From Camelus dromedarius (lineage: Eukaryota), in the NCBI RefSeq assembly GCF_036321535.1, contig NC_087436.1, positions 111,292,001 to 111,356,000 on the forward strand: a DNA stretch of 64,000 nt. The letters run 5' to 3'. This document shows, one piece after another, positions 1 to 11,296 of this stretch. The notes under the pieces were generated by a model, which saw only the letters and a list, made by a program, of their open reading frames with translations, was not told the origin of the DNA and did no database searches. Position 1 is the first letter of the stretch. Every line of letters starts with the position of its first letter. Both the position numbers and the translations under genes were made by a program.

Positions 1-334
1 TGCATTTATTTTTGTCTTGTACTTTGAATTCCTTTGAATTTAAACTCTTTCAATGTACATATATCCAGGAACACCCTGTGGAAAGCACAATCAAAAAAAT
101 GTGACCATGACTAGATTAAGAAGGGAAAGCAGGCAACTGTTTGAACTGAAGATGCTACTTGGGCCAATCACCACCTTGACCATGCCTGAGGCCAGAAGGC
201 CATGGAGCAGGGATTACATAGGGGAGTCGTGGGCAAAACAGCTGAACAGCAGAATGATGACCCGACTGCAGAGGCCTGGGGCAGGAGGCCAAGGCCAAGG
301 GCATTCCAGATGATGTTGAAACTTGTGCTTGCAG

Positions 335-474
335 ATGACATGAAAACGGAGCAAGTTTCAGAGAGTGAAGCCCTAGGGAAGGAGAATGATTTGGAAGCCC
401 GCAGTCTTCATCCTCAGCAGGATCAGAACTTTGCCAATGAGTGTCCGTGCACAAAAGGAGGCACATATGCACAG
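335..474 (+). CDS. FAM184B: FAM184B coding exon (probably exon 4; gene begins upstream of window)
   Basis: ttgcag|AT acceptor, CAG|gtagtg donor; encodes DDMKTEQ...GKENDLEARSLHPQQDQ...CPCTKGGTYAQ, resembling recalled FAM184B; joins next exon in phase 0. Confidence 0.85.
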
Positions 475-1003
475 GTAGTGTCTGACGCAGCCCTGGGGGT
501 GGAGAAGCCACAGGAGGCTCCGCTGGAAGGAGGCCAGTCTACAACCACGACTGGTCCACTTGGAAGCAGCTGGTCCCGTAGTTTCAGGGGTGGATGCGTC
601 AACAGCCTGCCAACTGTAGTCATTTGAAACTAGGAGACAAACGTAGCAGAATTCTCCCAATTCCTTATCATCGGCTCCTGGGAAACTGGAAACTTGTTTA
701 GGATTCCTGCTTTATGTTCCCCAGTCAAAACAAAGCATTCTTTATAAACCACCACAGTATGGTCCTGGAGCATCTGATCCTATGACAATAGATACACTCT
801 TCCAAAAAGCCCTTCTCTAATGGTGGATAAAGTGAAGTCTCTTACAAATATCAAACATGTAGTTTGATAAACTTCATTATACCTTGTGATACATGCTTTA
901 AAATTAGTGTATCGACATCGTAGAAGTTACACAAAAGAGAAATGGTGACTCCTGGCTCCTCGCCCCACCCGGGTGATTTTACGAGCCCTCTCTCTTTTTA
1001 TAG

Positions 1004-1240
<237 letters not shown>

Positions 1241-2313
1241 TGACTGACATTTGTTTTGCCTTTCCTCTGCCTCCCACCTTTCCTCTTTTGTTTCTTCTTT
1301 CCTGCCTCGTACATTGACCGACCTCCTGCCCTGTACAGATCTCAGCTAGTTCTTTGACCAGAGAGAGTTTAGGGTCTCTTGGAGGAGAGGGGGCAACCCT
1401 CAGCCCAAGACAATAGGGCCTAGAGTCATTAACCTGGAGTAGAATTGTGTCATATGAGCGCTTAACTTAGGGGAATTCAAATCCTCTCCTTGGCAAAAAC
1501 AGAGGGAAATAACATGAAGCAAACCCTCAGGCCTGGCAGACTGCCTGGATTCAAACCCCAGCCCTGCCACCCTCTAGCTTTGTGACCACAGCAAGTTCCG
1601 GAACCTGGGCTCCTCACAGGGAGGCTGCGCGGGCCCCAGCCTCCTCACTTATGAAACAGATGGTGATACTAGCACTTCACAGAGGAGCTGCGAGGATTAA
1701 GCCAGGTGATCCGTGTGAAAAGACAAAGCGTAAGGTAGTGCCTGGGGCAGGACAGACACCATAGCCGCAGGTAATTAATTAATCAGCGGGCGGGCGGTGG
1801 GAGAATAGGTTCTCAGCCTCTGTGTGCTGTTCGACTTCCCACCAAAGAGGGTGCTTTCTGCTGAGAAGAGACGCAAAGCCTCAGCTCTCCTGTTTGCTGA
1901 GGAAAACAGCACAGGTATATGGATGTTTTAGGAAAAGAGTGAAATAAATCACTATTACTGTGAGCATAGGTGGTGCTTTAATTATTACAAGAAGGCCTCT
2001 TTCTAATTCAAGAACTTACATTAACAGCTTTGAGTTTTCACTCAAAAAGATATACACAAAAAGATAATAATCTATCACAGAGGAATGCAGTGTGTGGTGG
2101 TGAAGAGTAGTAGGTACTTAATAAATACATGGTAGAAAAATAAATGAACTCATGAAAGACCCAGACTAGTCCTGGGTCCAAGTCCTGACTCTTTCACTGG
2201 CTTTGTGACCACGGACAGGTCACTTAACCTCTCTGAAACCTGATGTTGAAAATAAAGATAAATACTCGAGGGCTTGTTATGATACAGGAAACGGGGGCGT
2301 GAGAGGATGGCTA

Positions 2314-2926
2314 TGTCACAGGTCTCGGATGAGTCCCTGGGACACACCCCACCAAGTGAGGGTCCTTGGCTTCGTGCAGGAAAGAAATCAAGAGTGAGCC
2401 ACAGTTGTGTAAAGGTAGATTTATTCAGAGAGATGCACACTCCATAGACTGAGCATAGGCCGTCTCAGAAGGCCAGAGAGGCCACAAGGTGTGGGGGTGT
2501 TTAGTTTAAAGTAAAAGTAGATACACACTCCATAGACAGGGTGTGGTCCATCTCACTCAGAAGGGAGAGTGACCGTGAGGTGTCAGAGGTTGCTAGTTTT
2601 TATGGGCTTGGTAGCTTCATAGGCGAACAAGTGGGAGGATTACTCCAACTCTGTTGGGGAAGGGGCTGGCTTTCCCAGGAATTGAACCACCACCCACTTT
2701 TTGACCTTTTATGACAGCCTCAGAACTGCCATGGTGCCTGTGGGAGTGCCATTTGACATGCTAATATATTGCAATGAGTGTATAATGAAGCTCAAGGTCT
2801 ACTGGGAGTCAAATCTCCTGCTGTCTTAGGCCTCAAGGTCTGTTGGGAGTTGACTTCCACCATCTTGGTGCTAATTGCTGAGTCATTCCTGTAATAGCTG
2901 TGCCCTGCCCCTTCCCTCCTGTCTCA
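2314..2926 (-). mobile_element. Solo ERV LTR (ERV1-like), inserted into a MIR
   Basis: TG...CA termini, 4-bp TSD gcta/gtta (1 mismatch), AATAAA on - strand at 2420-2425, internal sub-repeats; MIR-like sequence on both flanks. Confidence 0.75.
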
Positions 2927-3986
2927 GTTATGTAAGTTAAATATGGTTTTATATATAAACTTTTAGTTCAGTGCTCACCATGTAGGAGGAGTTTGATAAA
3001 CGGTGGCTGTGACTAGTTACCATGTGCACTGGATGACATCATGTGTGATAATATTATTTAGTGCCTGCTCTACTTCATAAAGCACTGTATTATTATAAAC
3101 ACATTCAGTCCTCCCAACAGTATTACAAAATGAGTGTTCACAGTCCCATTTCAGAGATGAGAAAACTGAGGCTCAGAGATTTTATTTATCTGCTCACAGG
3201 CAGTGAGTGGTACAGCTGGTATTAACACCTGCCAGCCTGACTCAGAGCCTGTGGTTTCCCACGCCTGCACTGAGTGGGAAACGTTTTCCTCCCCAGGAGC
3301 AGTGACTGGGTTTTTTTGCACAAATCCAGTCCGCACACAGCTGAACCCTCTTTCCATCCTGAGCCACAGTCAGTGGGAGGAGCATAGCTCTCCCGGAGCT
3401 ACACGTTGCCCTGGTAACTGCCAGCCAAGCCTGACTCTCAGTGTAGAAATTCCATTTCAGTTTTAATCATGGGCATGGATCCATTTGGGAAAATTAATAA
3501 ATTGTTTCCACCTTTTTTTTTCTTTTTAAAACTTATGGTCATTTCTACAAACTGAGGATATAAATTATATAAATTAAGCCATGTGGATTAGAGGAAGGGA
3601 AAACCTTAAAGAAGCCCAAAACCTAGTGTTTATGGACTAAAAATAGATACCAGTCTAGAGTTAAGAGCGCACTGTTTCTTGGGCCCTTGAGTGTAAGTAC
3701 TTTGTGTATCCTGAATGCCACCTTAACCTGAGGAAGACATTGCAGGAAATGAGCTGGAGGTGACCCAAAAGGCCTATCTGCCTCCCTGTCCAAGGGATTA
3801 GATGATGTTACCACTTAATCTTGGCAGAGCAGAGGACACACCCTGTGATTAGCACTTTCCCACATTGATTCCTCGGGAGAGCGTGGAAGGGTGTACTGAG
3901 TGCCCACTGAGCCGTGCCAGACACTGCTGTTTCGCTTAGGGTTCTCATTTGTATCACTTCCGATTCTCGGTGGCAAGCATGACGTT

Positions 3987-5965
3987 TATGAAATATTCCT
4001 TGTCCTGAAGTCTACTTTAGTAAAAATACAGACATTCTGTCATTTTTTTGGTTAGTGTTGCTGTCTGGTTTAATCCATCCTTTTGCTTTTAACCTACCTG
4101 TGTCTTTCTATTCAAAGTGCCTGTGTAGTATTGCTGTCTTCCCCTTTTATTCAGTTTGGGAATCTGACTTTTGAGGGTCAATTAGACCATTTACATTTAA
4201 TGTAATTATCATTAAGTCTACCATATTGCTTGCTGTTTTTTCTATTTGTCACATCTGTTGCCTTTCTTTTTGCCTCTTTTTTCTGATTATTTTTGATTAA
4301 TTGAATTTTTTTTTGGTATTTTCTTTTTTATCTCCCCTAATGAGTTTTTAGCTGTCCTTCTTTTGGGGTGGTGTGCTACTGGTTGCTATAGGATTTATAA
4401 CGTGTGTCTTTATCATTGTCTGCCATCCAATAATATTACTTCATATATATGTGTATACACATGTATAATTACTTCACTGTAGAAACCTTACAGCAACATT
4501 TTAATGACCCCTTCCCAACTTTTGTGCAATTACTGTCATATGTTTTACTTTACACATGTTGTGAAGTCTATAGTACATTGATTTTCTATTTCCTTAAAAG
4601 TCAATTATCTTTTAGAGAAAAATTTTAAATGAGAAAACTGAAGTCTTTTATGTTTTCCCACTTACTGTTTCTACCCTCTTTGTTCCTTTGGTAGAGTCAA
4701 GCACCCATCTGGTATCATTTTCTTTTGGCCTGAAGAACTTCCTTTAATGTTCCTTGTAGTGTCGGTCGGCTCACAGCAAATTCTCTCAGTTTTTAGTGTC
4801 GGTCGGCTCACGGCAAATTCTCTCAGTTTTTATGTCTGAAAACGCCTTTTGTTTTGCCTTGATTTTTGAAGATTATTTTGCCGGATACAGAATTCTAGGT
4901 TAACACTTATTTTTCTTTCTGCACTTTAAAGATGCTGTTCAACAATTTTTTTTTTTTTTTGGTTTGTATTTTCTTCAAACAACAAATTGATAGTTGTTCT
5001 TACCTTTTCTCCCTTGTGCATAGTGCGGCTTTTTGTTTTCTGACTGCTTTTAAGATTTCCTCTTTAATCGCTGGCTTCCACAAGTTGATTATAATATGCC
5101 ATGGAGTGATTTTCTTTGTTTTTCTGCTTGGTATTCATTGGACACCTTGGATCTGTGGGTATAGTTTTCATGCAGCTTTAAAAATTTAAGGTCATTATCT
5201 CTTCCGCCTCCCCCTTCTGATGTTGTCCTACAAGTTACAGAGGCTATGTTCATTTATTTTAAGTCTTCTTCTCCTATGAAATATTCCTTGTCCTAAAGTC
5301 TACTTTGATAAAAATATAGACATTCTAGTGTTTTTATGGTCATGATACCTGGTTTGGACAGTTTCTATTGCTGTATTTTCAAATTTACTCACCTCCTTTT
5401 CTGTCTCATCCAATCTTTTTAAAAATCCATTTGGTACTTTTTTTGCATTTCAGATATTATATTTTTCAGCTTGAATAATAAAATGGAATTTCTTTGGGGT
5501 TTCCCTTTTTCTCTTCTTTATGTTCATGTTTTTCTTTAAATTCTTGAGCATATTTAAAATTTCTCTCAACATTCTTATCTGTCACTTTGGGGTCTTTTTC
5601 TGTTGAATGATTTTTCTCTTGGTTATGAATTGCCTTTTCCTGTTTCTTTGCTTATTTAGTAATTTTTTGATTGAATTCTGGACATGAAGAGTATTAACTT
5701 CTTGAAAGTCTGGATTTTGCTGTTCTTTAATGAGTACTGAATTTTGCTTTGGCAAGCAGTTAAATTACTTGTTATCAGCTTCAGATTTTCCAGACTTTAT
5801 TTTTTGTTGTGATTAAATACACACAACATAAAATTTACCATTTCCCAGACTTATTTTTAAACTTTAAGATGCCAGTTTAACTATACTTCAATAAAAAATG
5901 AATTAAAAATTAAAAATGATGCCAGTTAAGCCCTGCTACTGAAACGTGGCCCTTCCTGGGGTCTA
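3987..5965 (-). mobile_element. Old degenerate L1 fragment(s)
   Basis: T-rich sequence with antisense L1 ORF1/ORF2-like phrases (ttagaccatttacatttaatgtaatt; gatacagaattctaggtt). Confidence 0.75.
4757..4832. repeat. 37-bp tandem duplication
   Basis: tagtgtcggtcggctcac[a/g]gcaaattctctcagtttt x2, 1 mismatch. Confidence 0.95.
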
Positions 5966-7403
5966 ATGCCCCATGTATTGGTTAGTTTGGGTGTTAGTAT
6001 GATCGCTAATGGTTGACCCTGAGTGAAATGTGTGGCTTTGCACCATGAACTTTACTATAAATAGTAATTTTATAAATGACCAAATAGTCATTTTTCTTCT
6101 TAAAAAAAGTTAACATGTTTTCCTTTAAAATGCCAGCTGAAGTCTCTGCTTGGTAATTTTCTGAGGTTGCTCGTTTGTTGTTCCCAATCACAGTGGCTCC
6201 TTTCTTTCTTAAATTGACAGTAACTGTGGACAGTCTAGATAAGAAAGCAGAAAAAGGATGGGAGTCCTGCTTTTGCCTCTTACCGACCATTGGATTTGCT
6301 CCATGTGAGGTGGATGCAGTAAAGCCCTTTTCCCTGGGTACTGTCAGAGCAGGGTGAGAACAGAGCTTATGAAAGTTCTCTGTGAATCCTGTGAATGACT
6401 GGCCCCAGAAGCCCCATTCCCTGTAGGGGAGGCAGCAACGTATGTATGCGAAATCATCAGTCTCCTTCTTTCCCTCATGTTCTTGTCTCTGTAGTTGTTT
6501 TCTCTTCACCTGATTTAGGAAGAGAATGTGAAAGCTTCCTGTTGAAATCCTCAAGGTCACTTTGGAATGAGCTAGAGGTGGACATGGTTCCTTTTAATCT
6601 GTGTTCTCCAGGTGACCCAGAACTGTGTTTCCTGACAGCAAACCACATGATTCTGCACCTAAAATGTAGCTCACCGATGCCAAAGATCACGGCTGAAATC
6701 ATTTATTTCCATCTGTGGGGAATTTTTTTTTCCCTTTAGGTCCATTTGTCAAGGCAACAGCTGAAGCTGTGATGGATGATAGGGACCCTAGGAAACTGGG
6801 CTGCGTGAAATTAGAAGTAGCCACTGCTTTGTGCTAAGCATCTCCCTCGCAGGGGATCTAATCGTGCTGTTACGCTGAACATGCCTTGGCAGAGTTAGCA
6901 AGTCCCTGCACCAGCAAGCACGTTAAACAGAACTTTTGTTCAATAAAAGCTTTGGTGAATGAGGAGCCAAATAATGAAGTAAAAAAAAAAAATTGGAATT
7001 TTTGCTGAGGGAAAGCCCTTATTTCTGATGGTTGTTTAAGTTATCTCAGCCTGTTTTGAACAAGAGGGTGATTTATATATTGTCTTTAGGAAATGAACCT
7101 TGCAAAACAACCAGCCCTGCAAAAAGAGATCACAGATTGACTGATGTGCTGTGTCCACATCATGTGACCCTTACAGTCTAATCACATCCTTTTTTCTTCT
7201 TTAAATGACCTACCCCAGGGACTATGCTAAGGGCCACCCCAGGGCCACTGGCCTGGCCTGGGGTTGGCCCTGCGGTAGGTGTAAAGGTGTCATCCAGATG
7301 ATCAGCAGCAGCACCTCTTTAGATGCTCAAGTCAGAAGCCCAGAAATCCATGACTTCTCTCTCATCCCTCACATTCAGTCGGCTATAAAGTCCACTCATT
7401 CTA

Positions 7404-7596
7404 CAGTTGACCCTTGAACAACGTGGGAATTAACCCAAGTTATAATTTATCTTTGTCTCTCTGTATCTGCAGTTCCTCCACATCCGCGGGTTCAACCAAC
7501 CATGGACTGTGTAGGACTGTTGTGTTTACTATTGAAAAATATCCACGTGTCAGTGGACGTGCACAGCTCCAACCTGCATTGTTCAGGGGTCAGCCA
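7404..7596. mobile_element. Tc1/mariner Tigger2-type MITE
   Basis: TA + cagttgacccttgaacaa left TIR; ttgttcaggggtcagc degenerate right TIR; embedded in L2-like sequence. Confidence 0.75.
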
Positions 7597-8246
7597 TCCT
7601 TCTTCAGTGGCCCTGGAATACCGCCGCTTCTCTCTGTCCTGGTGGTTCCACGCTCACTCGGTCACCTGCCGTTTCTTGGTGGACTGTGTGATCATCCCCC
7701 AGTTGTTCTCCCTGCCTCCTGTCTCGTCATTTCATCTAATCCAATCTCCATTCCAGGGGGATCATCTGAAAACTCACATTGGCTTAAAACTCTCCAGAGG
7801 CCCCCTGTCATCTTCACAGGGGACTTCAAGCTCACTAACGTGGTTTACGAGGCCGCACGTGTCGGACTCCTACCTGTTCCTCCTACCTCACCCCACGCAT
7901 CTCCCTTAGTTCTTCCCTCCAGCCTTTTAGTTTGTCATTTATTCCATTCACGTTGACTAAAGTAAGGATGCTGTTGAGAAGACCCCAGGAGAAATTTCCT
8001 CCTGCTTTTGACATTTCTGTGCATCTGAGAAGGTAGTTGGCCTTTTGAGTTATGTAACACTGAGAATTGTGTCAGCAGTGAGCATTCATTCCCTTTTCTT
8101 ATTTGATGCTACGAAACTTAAAGCCAGGGGTCTACCCTGCCCCCCACCCCCAGTATATATTCAACTTTGTGCTGTGAATGTAGCATCTGTTTCATTTGCA
8201 CTTTCTCATGTGTTTCTAATTTATGCTTTTCTATAGTAGTTGATGA

Positions 8247-8468
<222 letters not shown>

Positions 8469-10252
8469 TGAACACCGTGCTCAGGAGTGATGGTTCTGGG
8501 CCCTGGAAGTTTCTGATTAACTGAGATGCCAGGAAGGTTGGGAAACTGCCCTGATCTCCTTCTGTTCAGCATCCTGAAAGAAAAAGACTTCGGCCTGGCA
8601 AGATGGCTGTCTTGGGGGTATAAATTCAGCTGTAGGTAACAGAGAACCTGATTTGTAGAGGCTTAACAGAGGCGCTTAATGTCGAATATGAAAGAGGGAG
8701 GCAGAGGCTGCTGGCGTCAGTTCTGTGGCTAAATGATATCAGGCCTGGAAAACCTGCAGCCTTCTTGGTTCCGCCTTCTCCCCACCCCAACCCCCGCCGC
8801 GTGTTATCGGTTTCCTGGGCTCTTTCCTTTATCGAAAAGTCTTTTTTAATTATATTTTATGACTGCACTGCCATAAAGATGAATATCCAGGCTGCTTTTT
8901 TTTTATTCTGATTTTGGAAGGAATGAAAACATTTTCATGGTCCCTGAAAATGTCATAGGCCCCTGGCACTGTGCCTGGGGGAAGTCAGCTCAGATCCCCC
9001 CAGGCTGTGACAAAGGCTGTCCCGGCTCCAGCTGTCATGTCCAAATGTAAAGCAGGAAACGGGGAGAGGCAGTGATGGCCAGGCCTGCCCACTTCATCCG
9101 GAAAGCAAAAGCATCTGAAGAGGCCCCCAGCTGACGCCTACTCCTACTGGTAATATTTGTGCCGCGTGGCCAGCCTGGGAAAGCAAGGACTTAGCCATCA
9201 GGCCTCCACGGTGGAGGCAGACAAGAGCAGGGTCGCGAACGGGTGTAGACCAGCTGAACTGAGGGGTTTGCTTCTTAGGCCTATCTGCCCAGACTGCCCA
9301 GAGACCAAGGTCAAAGTTTAAAAGAGCTGTGGGCAGTGTTACTGGGGAGAGGAACTTGCCACCAGCAGACTCTTGTTCATCCTTCAGTGCCCTTAACACT
9401 GCCCTGGACGTCCCTGGCCAGAGTTTATTGCTGTAAATTCTCTGCAGTAGTACCAACCTCACGGTAGTTGTTGAGAGGATTAGAAGACTTCACACTGTGA
9501 AATGCTTAGGTCTGTGCCATTAATGGTACTTTTATTATGTTGTATGTCTGTCTACTGAATGTTACTGTGAGTGTCAGCATCCATCTGTCTTCTCCGTAAA
9601 TGACAACTCCTTGAAGGCAGGGACCACATTTTATTATCTTACCATTATCTTGCTCTCACTCCCTCCCTTCCCCTTGCCCCCTCACACCAAGCATGGTGCC
9701 CCAGGGGCATTAATTTCAGTAACATCCGCATTTCCTTTATGGTTATGGGTCTTGTCCTTCTCCAGGTCTGGAGCAGGGAAGCCGGCCTGTGTAACCGACA
9801 GGCTACAATTAGTCGGTTAATCATCATCATCATCATTAAGGCTTTACAATTTAATAGCACCTTTAGCCACTCTTCTCTCATATTGCATGTGTAATTCTTA
9901 AATATTATTTTTCTTCTTTACTGACTATGTAAAAAAGAAATAGGGTGGCCTTCCAGGAACGTTATGAGAACCAATGGAACCCATGCTGCAGCTCTTGTCT
10001 AGATATATGGACATGAATGATTTAAAGAGAATAAAGCGTGGAATATTGTAAACCTGACAGGCTCATTTTCTTCTGGAAGGACTAAGCAGCTAGCCACTTA
10101 GAAATGGCCTCTCTAGAAGCACGTCTGGAATTTGTCTAGTGGGGCACTGTCCCCAGAACTGATTGATTTAGGGGAAAGGGCTCCCAGATTAATGACCACA
10201 ACCGGGAGAGAGGACTTTGTTTCATTGCTGAGCGTCTTTATTCTTGTTTTAG

Positions 10253-10360
10253 GTTTTAAGGCTGGAAGAATTTATCCAACAGAATAAGGTATGTCCCCCG
10301 AGAGGCGATGACAGGCCCCCAGAAGTGGACTGCCAGCACTGCAGCATTTTGGACACCCAG
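10253..10360 (+). CDS. FAM184B: FAM184B coding exon (~7)
   Basis: ttgttttag|, CAG|gtaacc; 108 nt, VLRLEEFIQQNKVCPPRGDDRPPEVDCQHCSILDTQ; contains a competing internal donor at 10289. Confidence 0.9.
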
Positions 10361-10855
10361 GTAACCTCCAGCTGTCTCTGCTTTAACGAAGGCTATTTTT
10401 CTTCTCCTTTTCAGCACTTTGGTGTCCACAGGGACACACGCTGGCATTAATGAGCCCTTTCATTTCGTCCCCAAGAGCCGCCAAAATGCCTGAAAAAAAA
10501 AATCATTACCAAATCAATCAGCAAAAACCACGAATAAAATAGAGTTCTGAGTCATTATTTGTGTGGTTTGGAAAAGAACAAGGCTTGTTAAAGATGAATC
10601 TTCTCTCCCTCTGTGAGAGCAGCCTGGCTGGCAGATAAAGAGGCACCGGACTGGGGTGGGGGGTCTTTGGTTCTGCCCAGCACGACGCATAACAGTAATA
10701 ATAATGCCCCGTTGCCGCCTCCCTCCACATCCACATCGCATCCACGACACCGGTAACTCTCCCGCGGGCCCTCCCTAGTGATGCTGCCCTTTCAGGGCGC
10801 GGCTCCAGGGCAGAAACTAGTTCCTGTTTGTCTCTCCGTCAGGCTCGTGCCAGGC

Positions 10856-11296
10856 TGTGTTATTTTCCAAGGGTGCCACAGTGAAGCACCACACCCTTGG
10901 GGCTTAAAGCACAGAAATGTATTGTCTCACAGTTTTGGAGGCTGGAAGTCCAAAATCAAAGTATCATCCGAAGCAGGGTGGGTTCCTCCTGGTGGCTCCA
11001 CCCTCTCTCCAGCTTCTGGTGGTTGGTGGTCATCCTCGGCGTTCCCTGACTTGTCGCCGTATCACTCCAGCCTGCCTGTGTCACCGCCTGGCCTCCCCCA
11101 CAGTGTGCCTCTGGGTCTCCACACGGCCTTCTTATAGGGACACAACACTCATTGGATTTAGGACTCACTCTAATCCAGTGTGACCTCATCTTAAGTAATT
11201 ACATCTGCAAAAGCCCAATTTCCAAAGAAGATCACATTCATAGGTCCTGGGGGGACTTCACCGTCTCTTCTTGGGGGCACAGTTTAACCCAAAACA
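10856..11296 (-). mobile_element. MaLR (MLT1-type) LTR
   Basis: ggcttaaagcacagaaatgtattgtctcacagttttggaggctggaagtccaaaatcaa ... gacctcatcttaa motifs typical of MLT1. Confidence 0.85.

Noticed and set aside
6006..6560. 184-aa minus-strand ORF
   Set aside because: No recognisable homology, no splice or promoter context, antisense within an intron; consistent with a chance ORF
7414..7956. 180-aa and 135-aa plus-strand ORFs
   Set aside because: Overlap a Tigger-type MITE and L2 relic; non-coding composition
9750..9800. Cryptic exon after ttgtccttctccag (9765)
   Set aside because: Good acceptor but only a weak donor nearby, a frame-shifting length and no protein similarity
10410..10440. REST/NRSE site (ttcagcac...)
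   Set aside because: Only the left half-site matches; no GGACAG at canonical spacing; better explained as a splice acceptor
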